A stretch of DNA of 58,988 bases. It comes from Thermoanaerobaculia bacterium (lineage in GTDB: Bacteria > Acidobacteriota > Thermoanaerobaculia > UBA5066 > Gp7-AA6). A program made the position numbers and the translations under genes. Below are positions 8,573-17,603 of the stretch, one piece after another. Location: positions 1-58,988 of the forward strand of contig JBHENW010000177.1 in NCBI GenBank assembly GCA_046261875.1. Reading direction: 5' to 3'. Each line of letters opens with the position of its first letter. Position 1 is the stretch's first letter. Under the pieces are notes generated by a model. The model searched no databases, had not been told where the DNA came from, and saw only the letters and a list, made by a program, of their open reading frames with translations.

Positions 8573-9598
8573 TTAGGCCGCGGCGAGGGCGTCCTTCCTG
8601 AGCAGCTCGAGCAGCGCTTTCTCCGAAGCGTGGAGCCCGGGGGCTCGCCGCGCGACGAGATCCTGGAGCTGCCGGAAATGACGTTCGATCACGCGGCCCT
8701 TCTCGTAGCCGGTCAGCACGGAACGATTGATGTACGACGCGCGGCAGACCGCCACCGTGTTGCCCAGATGTTCGGCGGTTTCCCGGATCGCGGCGAGCAT
8801 CTTGCGGCGTCGCGCCGCGCGCGTCTCGCCGTCCTCCGACCCGGCCCGCGCCAGGGCGCAGGCGCAGATGAGGGTCCCGGCCCACGTGCGGAAGTCCTTG
8901 GCGCTGAACCGCTCTCCCATGACCTCCCTGATGTACTCGTTGATGTGCCGGCTCTTCGCGTCCACGACCGACCCGTCCTCCGCCACGAACTTGAAGACGT
9001 CGCGGCCCGGCATCGCCAGGAGCTGGCGGACGAGGCGGGCGACCCGGCGGTCCTCGAGCTCGCGCTGCTGCCGTTTCCCGGACTTCCCGGGGAAGTCGAA
9101 AGTGATCGTGTCGCCGCGGACCGAAACGTGCCGGCGGCGCAGCGTGGATACGCCGAAGCTCCCGTTCTCCTGCGCGTACGCGTCGCTGCCGGGGCGGAGG
9201 AAGCAGTTGGAAAGGATGCGCAGGATCCCCGCGAGGACTCTCTCCCTCGGCAGCCCCGGCCGAGCCAGGTCGCGTGCGATCGCGCGCCGCAGCTGCGGGA
9301 GGGCCCCGGCGAAGTGGAGCAGGCGGCGCGCCTTCCTCGCTTCACGGCGCGCGACGGCGGACTCGTGGTACCGGTACTGCCAGCGCCCCGCGGCGTCGCG
9401 GCCGACGGCCTGGACCGCGGAGCGCGGCGAGGCCGCGATCGCCACGTCCTTCCACGCGGGAGGTATCCGCAGCATCCGGATCCGAAAGGCGTCGGTGGAA
9501 GAGACCCGCCCTCCGGCCGCCGTGCGGTATCGGAACCCCGATTTGGGCGTGCCGAGCCGGCGGATCCCGGTGGCCTGGAGCTTCTCGACGGCCGTCAT
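8573..9598 (-). CDS. Bacterial DNA topoisomerase IB
   Basis: IPPAWKDV, GRDAAGRWQYRY, LRPGSDAY, FPGKSGK, AKDFRTW and LGNTVAVCRASYI (catalytic Tyr). Start at ATG 9598. Confidence 0.95.
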   Translation of the reverse strand: MTAVEKLQATGIRRLGTPKSGFRYRTAAGGRVSSTDAFRIRMLRIPPAWKDVAIAASPRSAVQAVGRDAAGRWQYRYHESAVARREARKARRLLHFAGALPQLRRAIARDLARPGLPRERVLAGILRILSNCFLRPGSDAYAQENGSFGVSTLRRRHVSVRGDTITFDFPGKSGKRQQRELEDRRVARLVRQLLAMPGRDVFKFVAEDGSVVDAKSRHINEYIREVMGERFSAKDFRTWAGTLICACALARAGSEDGETRAARRRKMLAAIRETAEHLGNTVAVCRASYINRSVLTGYEKGRVIERHFRQLQDLVARRAPGLHASEKALLELLRKDALAAA

Positions 9599-9629
9599 CG
9601 CCTCGGGCAGTAACGCAAAGGATGAGCCA

Positions 9630-9882
9630 GGAACGTCGCGCTCGCTCGCCAAAAGGGCGTCTTCTCATCGCGGCGTGAGGAGTCTCCGCCCTTTTCCGCT
9701 TCGTCGCGATCTCACGATCGCGCCGAAGCTCGGCGGGGGACCTTGCGGTCCCCCGCACCCCCTGGGGAGGAGCTTCGCGCCGGGAGAGCGGGAGCGAGGG
9801 GACCAGGCCAGCGGTCGAGCGGCTGTCCGCGAGCCGCGAGCCGGTGCCGAAGGCAGGTCCGAGCGAGCGAGAGCGACGTTCC
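9630..9882. repeat. MITE/REP-like element (repeat copy 1) with 19-bp terminal inverted repeats and internal hairpins
   Basis: GGAACGTCGCGCTCGCTCG (9630-9648) and CGAGCGAGAGCGACGTTCC (9864-9882) are 18/19 complementary. Perfect internal hairpin GCGGGGGACC-TTGC-GGTCCCCCGC. Shares modules with 22970, 26996 and 56686. Confidence 0.75.
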
Positions 9883-9896
9883 GGTACCATCATGAC

Positions 9897-10430
9897 ATGC
9901 GGGCGCGGCGGATCCTGGAGCTGCTTGCGCTTGCGGCGCTGCTCGCGGGCCTGGGCTTCGGGATCTCCGCCTACCTCGCGTTCCGGCAGGCCCTTTCGGC
10001 CCGCCTCGACCGGGCGGCCGCCATCGAAGCGGCGGTGACCCGGCCCGGAGCCGCCGCGCGGCTCGCCTCCGCGCTCGCGGAACGGCGGCTCGCCCTCGTC
10101 ACGGAGAAGGAGTCCACCGCCGTGTCCGGCGCGTTTCGCCGGGAAACCGGCGCGCCGGAGCTCGAGGCGTACCGCAAGGCGGGAGGGGACCCGTCCGTCG
10201 CCCGGGAGGCCGAGAAAGCGCTCGCCGCGAAGAAGCCCGCGGAGCCGGAGGGAGACGTCGCTTTCCTCCGCGCCATGAGACGGCTTCGGGAGGAGGCCGA
10301 GCGGATGCCCGTGCCCGCGCGGCCCGTCCCGCCGGTGTCCGCCGGAGCGGCCGGCCGGAGGTTGCTCTGGGTCGGCGTCGCCGCGGTCGCCGCGGCCCTG
10401 CTCGCCCGGGCCGCCGGGCGCGCGGCGTGA
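9897..10430 (+). CDS. Hypothetical membrane protein (N- and C-terminal TM helices)
   Basis: C-terminal part of ORF 8727..10430 (MRARRILELLALAALL...). TACCAT lies 6 nt upstream; GTGA overlap with the next gene. Confidence 0.65.
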   Translation: MRARRILELLALAALLAGLGFGISAYLAFRQALSARLDRAAAIEAAVTRPGAAARLASALAERRLALVTEKESTAVSGAFRRETGAPELEAYRKAGGDPSVAREAEKALAAKKPAEPEGDVAFLRAMRRLREEAERMPVPARPVPPVSAGAAGRRLLWVGVAAVAAALLARAAGRAA

Positions 10431-12175
10431 ACCGGCGCCTACCGGCTCTCCTCCCCTACGCCGTCTTCCTTCTCCTCGCCGTCATCTCCTGGAATCGCTG
10501 GCTCGAGCCCTACGTGGACTCCGGGCGAGAGCTCATGGTTCCCTGGAGGCTGGCGTCCGGCGAGGCCCTTTATCGCGACGTCCGCTTCTATCACGGTCCG
10601 CTCGGCCCTCACCTCGCGGCGGTCCTCGAGCGGATCACCGAACGAAACCTGCCCGCCCGGTTCGCGCTCTGCGGGCTCATCGCCCTGCTTCACGTCGAAG
10701 CGCTGCGCCGCCTGGGCCGCCGCCTGCTCTCGCCGGGACGCGCCGGGCTTTCCGTGGCGGTCATCGTGGCGACCGCTTTCTTCCTGCGGCCCGGCGGGTG
10801 TCATCTCTTCCCTTTCAGCCTCGACACGGCGATCGCCACCGCCGCGATCGCCTGGGCCCTCTGGTGGGCCGGATCCGGCTCGCCGCGCACCGCCTGGCTC
10901 TCCGGCGCGGCCCTGCTCGCGGCGATCCTTTCCCGCCCCGAGATGGGTCTCGCCGCGACGGCTGCCGTCCTTCTCGACCGCGACAGCGCGCGCGGGACGC
11001 GGCGCCGGGCCGTGCCCCTGGCCGCCGTCCCGGTCGGCCTCGCGGCCATCGTGTACGGAATCCTGTCGGCGGGGACGTCCTTCGCGACTCTCCGCCAGGA
11101 GGGCTGGCTCGCCGTTCTCCGACCGCCGGCGGAGTTCCGGAGGATCTATGCGGCCTACGCGGGGTTCGATGCGCTGGGCCTGCGCGCCGCCGAGCTGCTC
11201 CTCGCCTTCGTTGTCGTTCTCCTCATCGGAGGTCTCCTCTGGGCGGCCGCGCGCGGCGCGGCCGCGGCTCCCGGGCGGAACGGAGGCGGCTGGGTGGTTC
11301 CCGCCGTTTCGCTCCTTTTCCTCGCCGGAGCGCTGGCCGCGTGGCGTCCTCCCGGGTCCCTCGCCGAGAGCCTGGCGCTCTTCCCGCCGCTCATCCGGAT
11401 CGTTCCGCCGCTCGTGATCCTCGCGGCGGCCGCGCGCGTGGCGCGGCGCGTGCGGCGGCGGGAAGAGAGCGGGATCCTGGCCGGAGTACCGGACTCCCTC
11501 CTTCTGCTCGCGGCCCTCTTTTCGCTTCGGGTGCTGCTCGTCGCCGGTTACTTCGGGCCGTACAACGCCTTCCTGCTCCCCTTGCCGCTGCTCGTTTTCG
11601 CGGCGGGTCTCTTCGCGCTCGCGGACCGGCTCGCGCCGAGCGGGCCGCGGCTCCCCTCTCTGCTCGGGGCGGCGCTGGCGGTCTTCCTCACATTCCGGGT
11701 GGTTTCGCTCCGAGACCTCTTCCGACATCCTGCCTGGAGCCCTGTGGATACGCCGGCCGGTTCCGTCCAGATGCTCGAGCCGGTGGCGCAGACGACGCGG
11801 ATGGCCCTCGCGGACCTCGCCCGGCGCGTCCCGGACTCCGGAACCCTGGCCGGGTTCCCGGAGGCGGGATTCCTGGGCTACGCGCTCGGCCGCCGAAACC
11901 CGCTTCCCCAGGAGCAGTTCTTTCCGGGTCATCTCGACGCCGCGGCGGAACGCGACACGATCCGGCGGCTCGCTGAAAGCCCTCCCGACGCGGTCGTTTA
12001 CGTCAACGTGCTCGCCGTCGGACACCGGGCGGTCGTCTTCGGCGCGGACTACCTCACGGAGCTCGATCGGTTCGCGCGCGAGCGGTTCTCTCCCGTGGCG
12101 GCTTACGGTCCCGGCGCGGGAGCGGCCGCGCGGATCGGCGATCCGCATTTCTTCATTCAGGTCCGCATCCCGTGA
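10427..12175 (+). CDS. Polytopic membrane protein, probable GT-C fold glycosyltransferase
   Basis: Many TM helices; DSGREL..PWRL..GEALYRDVRFYHGPL first-loop motif, SRPE, and a C-terminal periplasmic domain. Confidence 0.65.
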   Translation: MNRRLPALLPYAVFLLLAVISWNRWLEPYVDSGRELMVPWRLASGEALYRDVRFYHGPLGPHLAAVLERITERNLPARFALCGLIALLHVEALRRLGRRLLSPGRAGLSVAVIVATAFFLRPGGCHLFPFSLDTAIATAAIAWALWWAGSGSPRTAWLSGAALLAAILSRPEMGLAATAAVLLDRDSARGTRRRAVPLAAVPVGLAAIVYGILSAGTSFATLRQEGWLAVLRPPAEFRRIYAAYAGFDALGLRAAELLLAFVVVLLIGGLLWAAARGAAAAPGRNGGGWVVPAVSLLFLAGALAAWRPPGSLAESLALFPPLIRIVPPLVILAAAARVARRVRRREESGILAGVPDSLLLLAALFSLRVLLVAGYFGPYNAFLLPLPLLVFAAGLFALADRLAPSGPRLPSLLGAALAVFLTFRVVSLRDLFRHPAWSPVDTPAGSVQMLEPVAQTTRMALADLARRVPDSGTLAGFPEAGFLGYALGRRNPLPQEQFFPGHLDAAAERDTIRRLAESPPDAVVYVNVLAVGHRAVVFGADYLTELDRFARERFSPVAAYGPGAGAAARIGDPHFFIQVRIP

Positions 12176-13080
12176 GGCTCGACCTCGCCCTCGCGCGGCG
12201 GTATGGGCTGCCCCGCCGGAAGGCGCGAGACGCGGTGCGCGCGGGCCGCGTGGACGTCCGGGGCGAAACGATGGACGAGCCGGGCCGCGACGTCTCCGAG
12301 GATGCGCCGCTCGCCTACTTCCCCGATCGGCCGGCGCGCCGCCGGGTCCGGACCCGCCTCGTCGTGCTCGCCGAGGGGGAGGACTTCGTCGTCGTGGACA
12401 AGCCGGCCGGCCTCCTCACCGTGCCGACGGCCGAGCGGGAGAAAGAGACTCTCCTTTCGCGCACGCTCGACTATCTGCACCACCGCTACCGCCGGCGCCC
12501 CTACGCGGGGACCGTCCAGCGGCTGGACAAGGAGACGTCCGGAGCGCTCGTCTTCGCTCGCAATCGGCCGGGGCAGGCCGACCTGCAGCGTCAGTTCCGG
12601 GATCACACGATCGTGCGGGAGTACTACACGATCGTCGAGGGAGACCTCGAAGGCTCCGGGACTTTCCGCGCGGAGCTCTCGCGCGACCCGGACGGGCGCC
12701 GGCGGACCGTCGCGCGCGCGGCCGACGGCGGACGGCGCGCCGTCACCCACTACGAGGTCGTGGAGCGATTCGGCGAGGCGACCCTCGTGGCGGTGCGGCT
12801 GGAAACGGGCCGCACGCACCAGATCCGGATCCACTTCGCCGCCGCGGGTCATCCCGTCCTGGGGGATGCGGTTTACAGGCCGCCGCGGATGGGCCCTCCG
12901 CCGGTCCAGGCCCCCCGACAGATGCTCCACGCGAGGCTGCTGGGGTTCGACGACCCCGAGACCGGCCGAAAGGTCGAAGCGACCTCGCCGCTTCCGGAGG
13001 ACTTCCGCGAGACGCTGGCCCGGTTGCGCCAGGCCGGCCGGCGGAAAAAGAAAGAGCCCCGGAAGGTCCGGGGCTCTTGA
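12172..13080 (+). CDS. RluA/RluD family pseudouridine synthase
   Basis: S4 domain, VDKPAGL, QRLDKETSG, LETGRTHQIRIH and GHPVLGD..Y motifs. Confidence 0.95.
   Translation: MRLDLALARRYGLPRRKARDAVRAGRVDVRGETMDEPGRDVSEDAPLAYFPDRPARRRVRTRLVVLAEGEDFVVVDKPAGLLTVPTAEREKETLLSRTLDYLHHRYRRRPYAGTVQRLDKETSGALVFARNRPGQADLQRQFRDHTIVREYYTIVEGDLEGSGTFRAELSRDPDGRRRTVARAADGGRRAVTHYEVVERFGEATLVAVRLETGRTHQIRIHFAAAGHPVLGDAVYRPPRMGPPPVQAPRQMLHARLLGFDDPETGRKVEATSPLPEDFRETLARLRQAGRRKKKEPRKVRGS
13045..13078 (-). terminator. Intrinsic terminator for the VWA-ompA transcript
   Basis: AAGAGCCCCGGA/TCCGGGGCTCTT stem (13052-13078) followed on the minus strand by TCTTTTT. It overlaps the 3' end of the RluA-family gene. Confidence 0.8.
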
Positions 13081-13108
13081 ATCGGCGACCTGCCGCTTCG
13101 TCGGGGTC

Positions 13109-13732
13109 TTATCCCATCACGACGACGACGACCCGCCGGTTCTGCGAGCGGCCAGTGCGCGTGTTGTTCCCCGCGACCGGTTCCTCTTCGCCGTAGGAAA
13201 TCGTGGACATGCGGTTCAGCGCGATCCCCTGTTTGTTCAGGTAACGCCTGACTGCCTCGGCGCGCCGCTCGCCGAGGTCGTAGTTGAGCCCGTGCGAGCC
13301 GGTCGAATCCGTATGCCCCTGGATCTCCAGATACACGCCCTTGTTGTCGGTCTTGAGTTGCTGCGCGAACTCGTTCAATTTCTCCTTCGCCGAGTCGGAG
13401 AGCTCGGCGCTGCCGAGCTTGAACTTCACCGCGTCCTCGTCCGAGAGCACCAGGGAGTAGACGAACTTGCCTTCGGCGAGCTTGCCCGCCGCCATGGCGC
13501 GCTCGAGCGCGTCGCGTGTCGTGCTGTCCAGCTCCGCCAGCTTCGAGTCGTGCTCGCGGATCCGGGTCTGGGCCGCCTCCACCTGCGACTGGACTTCGCC
13601 GATCCGCTGCTCGGCGGTGGCGCTGCTTTTCGAGACCTCCTCCGTGACGTATTTCTTGCTCGCGCAACCCGTCACGGTGAAGGCGCCGAGAAGGAGCGCC
13701 CCGCCCGCTGTCATCCACTTGCGGTGTTTCAT
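13109..13732 (-). CDS. OmpA family lipoprotein
   Basis: Lipobox VTGC, coiled coil, IQGHTDSTG, LGERRAEAV, SYGEEEP and NRRV. Confidence 0.93.
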   Translation of the reverse strand: MKHRKWMTAGGALLLGAFTVTGCASKKYVTEEVSKSSATAEQRIGEVQSQVEAAQTRIREHDSKLAELDSTTRDALERAMAAGKLAEGKFVYSLVLSDEDAVKFKLGSAELSDSAKEKLNEFAQQLKTDNKGVYLEIQGHTDSTGSHGLNYDLGERRAEAVRRYLNKQGIALNRMSTISYGEEEPVAGNNTRTGRSQNRRVVVVVMG

Positions 13733-14682
13733 GAAACCCCTCCTTTGCCGATCGTTAACGTTGCCGCCGAGGGAGCCGTCCCCCGGTATCCCCTCCGGGT
13801 CCGGATGGTCCAGCGACCCGGTTTAGCCACCGATACGATGACCACTCGATACTTCACCTCTCCGCGACCGGACGGCGGGAACCCCAGGAGGTACTGCTCC
13901 CGGACTTCCGCGTCGATCTTTCCGGCGATGGATCGCAGGTCCTGCTCGTCGCCGACCAGAAACATCTTGCCCCCGCTGGAGGTCGCGAGCAGCCGGAGGT
14001 TGTCCACCATGAGCTCGCGGCGCTGTTGGTCGGTGAGCAGGTCATAAACGGCATTCTTCAGGCCGATCGCATAAACCGGCGTGGAGACCTGCTGCAGGAT
14101 TTCTGCCATCTCCGTGGACGTCAGCGTGCTCGCGTTGTCCACGCCGTCCGTGAAGAGGAGGATGGCCCGCTTGGCGTTCTTCCCCTTCATGAGCTTAGGC
14201 GTCGCCGCGACCGCGTCGAAGAGGGCAGTCTGGCCCGACGCCTCCAGCTCTTCGAGACCCTTCAGCAGCGGCCGGGTGTCGGCGGAGAAGGCCGAGACGA
14301 GGCGCACCTCGTCCTCCGCGAACGCGAAGAGCGCGAAGTCGTCTCCGGGGCGCCGGTTGCGGACGATCTGCCGGATCGCTTCTTTCGCCTTCTGAAGCTT
14401 ACCGGCGATCTCCATGCTGCCGGACACGTCGAGCAAGAAGCCGAAAGAGACGGGCGCGTTGTCGTCCCGCTCGAACGTATCGAGATCGACGGGCGTCTCG
14501 TGGACCTGGACCCGGAAATCTTTCTTCTCGAGGCCCTCGACGAAGCGGCCCTTCCGATCCAGAACGACGACCGGGAGCATCACGTACTCCGTCCCGGCGC
14601 TCTCGGAGTAGGTGGGCAGATCCTGCGCCGACCCGGGGAGGGCGGCCATCGCGAGGAGCAGGGCGCCGAATACCCGTTCCAC
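13729..14682 (-). CDS. VWA domain protein (acidobacterial VWFA-related type)
   Basis: Signal peptide, VLDRKGRFVEGL, DVSGSM (MIDAS), TALFDAV, FTDGVD and QYLLGF. GTG 14682 follows TATAAT. Confidence 0.9.
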   Translation of the reverse strand: MERVFGALLLAMAALPGSAQDLPTYSESAGTEYVMLPVVVLDRKGRFVEGLEKKDFRVQVHETPVDLDTFERDDNAPVSFGFLLDVSGSMEIAGKLQKAKEAIRQIVRNRRPGDDFALFAFAEDEVRLVSAFSADTRPLLKGLEELEASGQTALFDAVAATPKLMKGKNAKRAILLFTDGVDNASTLTSTEMAEILQQVSTPVYAIGLKNAVYDLLTDQQRRELMVDNLRLLATSSGGKMFLVGDEQDLRSIAGKIDAEVREQYLLGFPPSGRGEVKYRVVIVSVAKPGRWTIRTRRGYRGTAPSAATLTIGKGGVS

Positions 14683-14748
14683 CGTCAAATTATACGGCGG
14701 GAAACGGCCGTTAATTCCTGTCCCGGAAGCGGCCGATAATCCCTGCCC

Positions 14749-15468
14749 GTGCGGTCCGCTGCGATCGTCCTGGTCCGACCGCGCCTGCCGGCCAACCTCG
14801 GAGCGGTGGCCCGGGTCGCGAAGAATTTCGGAGTCCTCCCGCTGCGCCTCGTGGAGCCGGCCGCCGCGGCGGACGAGGAAGCGGCGCGGCTCGCGTCGGG
14901 CGCGGACGACGTCCTCGAGACCCTGACCCGCCACGAGAAGCTGACCGAGGCGGTGGCCGACTGCGAAATCGTCATCGCGACCTCATCCTTGCGAGGACGG
15001 GGCCAGATTCGGCCGCTGCAGCTCGCGGAGCTGCCCGGTTATCTCTCTCGATCCGCGCCGGGCCGGATCGCGTTCGTGTTCGGGCCGGAGCGAAGCGGGC
15101 TGACGGAGGAGGAGCGTTCGCATGCGAGCACCTCCCTCCGCCTGCCGACGCGTCCCGAGTTCCCGACGATGAACCTTTCGCACGCGGTGGCGGTCGTGCT
15201 CGCCGTCGCGGCCGCGTTCCCGGGGGAGGACCCCGGCGCGGCGGAAAAGGAGAGCCTCGCGCCGGCCTCGGAGATCGAAGCGACCGTTGGGCACTGGGAC
15301 CGCGCGCTGGAGGCGATCGGCTTCTACGACACCGGGCACCGGGAGCGGTCGCTGCGCGAATGGAGGCGTCTCATCGCGGGACGCCCGCTGTCCGAGCGGG
15401 AGGTCGCGATGCTGCGAGGCGTGGCGAACCGGGTGCTGGTGTCGCTGAGGAGACGCGACCCCGGCTAG
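14749..15468 (+). CDS. trmJ: SPOUT RNA methyltransferase, TrmJ/LasT family
   Basis: IVLVRP..NLGAVARVAKNFG, FGPERSGLT and MNLSHAV. Confidence 0.85.
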   Translation: MRSAAIVLVRPRLPANLGAVARVAKNFGVLPLRLVEPAAAADEEAARLASGADDVLETLTRHEKLTEAVADCEIVIATSSLRGRGQIRPLQLAELPGYLSRSAPGRIAFVFGPERSGLTEEERSHASTSLRLPTRPEFPTMNLSHAVAVVLAVAAAFPGEDPGAAEKESLAPASEIEATVGHWDRALEAIGFYDTGHRERSLREWRRLIAGRPLSEREVAMLRGVANRVLVSLRRRDPG

Positions 15469-15881
15469 ATCAATTCCGCTTCGCTGAAGAAAAAGCCGAT
15501 CTCGCGAGCCGCGTTCTCGGCTGAGTCGCTGCCGTGGATCGCGTTCCTCTCGATGTCGGTTCCGTACAGCTTTCGGATCGTTCCCTCTTCGGCTTTCGTC
15601 GAGTCCGTCGCTCCCATGACGCGCCGCAGGTGGGCGACCGCCCCTTCGCGCTCGAGCGCCGCCGCGAGGATGGCGCCCTCGGTCATGAACCGGACGAGGC
15701 CCTCGAAGAAGGGACGCTCGCGGTGGACCGCGTAGAAGGCGCGCGCCTGCTCCGGCGCGAGGCGCAGCTTCTTGACCCCGGTGAGACGGAAGCCTTCCCT
15801 TTCGAGGCGCGCGAGGATCGCCCCGGCCTTTCCGGATCCCATCGCGTCGGGCTTGATGATCGTCAGGGTGCGTTCGGTCAT
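15465..15881 (-). CDS. ndk: Nucleoside diphosphate kinase
   Basis: ERTLTIIKPDA, FYAVH..RPFF and NAIHGSDS. Confidence 0.97.
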   Translation of the reverse strand: MTERTLTIIKPDAMGSGKAGAILARLEREGFRLTGVKKLRLAPEQARAFYAVHRERPFFEGLVRFMTEGAILAAALEREGAVAHLRRVMGATDSTKAEEGTIRKLYGTDIERNAIHGSDSAENAAREIGFFFSEAELI

Positions 15882-15922
15882 CGGGAGCCCTTTCGAAAAA
15901 TGCAGGAATGCACGATTGACCC

Positions 15923-16342
15923 CTAAAAATCTTTCGCCACGATGGGGAGCTTGTCCTCCGTGGCGACGCCGGCGTAGCGCAGCGCCTCGAGGAGCTCGCG
16001 CGGCCTGCCGGATCCGATGAGCAGCGTCGTCCCGTCCTTGCGCGTCAGCAGGACCCCCTGGTCTCCGCGGGCGTTGACCGCCCGGTGCCGGCGCGTGCCT
16101 CGGATTCCCCATCCGCCATAGTCGCGGATGGGGCGGTACGCGATCGCGTCCGCGCGCGCGATCTCGGAGATGGGGATGCGTGCGGTGTAGAGGGGCCCGT
16201 ACTGGACCGTGACGGTGTCGCGGGTGACCGTCGTCGAGAGGCGCAGCAGGAGGACCCCGACGAGAACGATCGCGCCGAGCAGAGCGACCGGCCAGACCCA
16301 CGGAGGAAAAGACTGCGTCTCCCGGTACACGGCGTCGCTCAC
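15923..16342 (-). CDS. Small membrane protein (YRETQ.F...YGGWGIR; PH-like/DUF6141-like)
   Basis: C-terminal part of ORF 15923..16816. GTG overlaps the sucD stop; one TM helix followed by a beta-rich domain. Confidence 0.7.
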   Translation of the reverse strand: MSDAVYRETQSFPPWVWPVALLGAIVLVGVLLLRLSTTVTRDTVTVQYGPLYTARIPISEIARADAIAYRPIRDYGGWGIRGTRRHRAVNARGDQGVLLTRKDGTTLLIGSGRPRELLEALRYAGVATEDKLPIVAKDF

Positions 16343-17226
16343 TTCCCGAGGACCTCGTGCATCTTCGCGCCGATATCGGCCGGAGAGCGCACGACCGCGA
16401 CTCCCGCCGCCTCGAGGGCCTTGATCTTGTCCGTCGCGGTGCCGCGGCCTCCCGCGATGATCGCGCCCGCGTGCCCCATGCGCCGGCCCGGAGGCGCCGT
16501 CATCCCCGCGATGAACCCGACGACCGGCTTGCGGAAGTGGCCGGCGATGAAACACGCGGCTTCCTCCTCGGCCATGCCGCCGATCTCCCCGATCAGGACG
16601 GCGGCCTGCGTCCCCGGGTCTTCCGCAAAGGCCTTCAGGCAGTCGATGAAGCTCGTCCCGTTGACCGGATCTCCGCCGATGCCGATGACCGTGGATTGTC
16701 CCAGCCCGAGCCGGGTGAGCTGGTCCACCGCTTCGTAGGTCAGCGTCCCCGAGCGCGAGATGACGCCCACGCCGCCCGGCCGATGGATGCGGCCCGGCAT
16801 GATGCCGATCTTGCACTCTCCCGGCGTGATGATGCCGGGACAGTTCGGCCCGATGAGACGCGCCGCCACGCCGCCCGCGTTCTTCCGCAACAAAAAGCCC
16901 CGAGCCTCGACCATGTCGTTGGCCGGGATGCCTTCGGTGATGCAGACGATCATCGGGATGCCGGCGTCCGCCGCTTCGACGATCGCGTCGGCGGCGAAGG
17001 GCGGCGGGACGAAGATCATCGTGGCGTTCGCCCCGGTCGCCGCGACGGCCGCCGCCACCGTGTCGAAGACGGGGATGCGTTCGTGGACGGTCCCCCCCTT
17101 TCCCGGTGTGACGCCCGCCACGACCTGCGTGCCGTACTCGCGGCAGGCGAGCGCGTGGAAAGTCCCTTCCCGCCCCGTGAGACCCTGCACGAGGAGGCGA
17201 GTTTCGCGGCCGACCCAGATGCTCAC
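16339..17226 (-). CDS. sucD: Succinyl-CoA ligase alpha subunit
   Basis: [32 protein letters not shown] and RMGHAGA. Confidence 0.97.
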   Translation of the reverse strand: MSIWVGRETRLLVQGLTGREGTFHALACREYGTQVVAGVTPGKGGTVHERIPVFDTVAAAVAATGANATMIFVPPPFAADAIVEAADAGIPMIVCITEGIPANDMVEARGFLLRKNAGGVAARLIGPNCPGIITPGECKIGIMPGRIHRPGGVGVISRSGTLTYEAVDQLTRLGLGQSTVIGIGGDPVNGTSFIDCLKAFAEDPGTQAAVLIGEIGGMAEEEAACFIAGHFRKPVVGFIAGMTAPPGRRMGHAGAIIAGGRGTATDKIKALEAAGVAVVRSPADIGAKMHEVLGK

Positions 17227-17603
17227 GGCAAGCTTCCCCGCTTCGGAGCGACCACCGGCATGCCCGTCAGCTCCGAGAGCGTCGCCGAGAGCCATTCGGC
17301 GAGCTCCCGCCAGGGCACAAGAAAAACGGCCACGAGCGCCAGCCCCCCCGCCAGGAGACCGGCACGCAGGGCACGGCGATCCGCTTCGGGCGGTTCGTGA
17401 CCCATCGCCGCGCGCCCCGCTTTCCGCAGGAAGAAGGGGAGCACGGCAGCGAGCGCGAGGAGCGTCATCCAGCCTCCGAGCAGGCGCGGGTTGGCCCGCA
17501 GGGCGCCCCAGCCCTGCACCGTCGCCACGAGCATCCCGAAGAAGAAGGGCGCGACGAGAAACGCCAGACCCTTGAGGACGAAACCGCCCATGTGGTGCTT
17601 CAC
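17223..17603 (-). CDS. Small hypothetical membrane protein (3 TM) between sucC and sucD
   Basis: Three hydrophobic segments; 4-nt overlaps with both the sucC stop and the sucD start. Confidence 0.65.
   Translation of the reverse strand: MKHHMGGFVLKGLAFLVAPFFFGMLVATVQGWGALRANPRLLGGWMTLLALAAVLPFFLRKAGRAAMGHEPPEADRRALRAGLLAGGLALVAVFLVPWRELAEWLSATLSELTGMPVVAPKRGSLP

Noticed and set aside
8573-9598. Topoisomerase IB as an integrase marking a prophage or island
   Set aside because: The motifs are those of Topo IB; there are no att sites, tRNA or phage genes.
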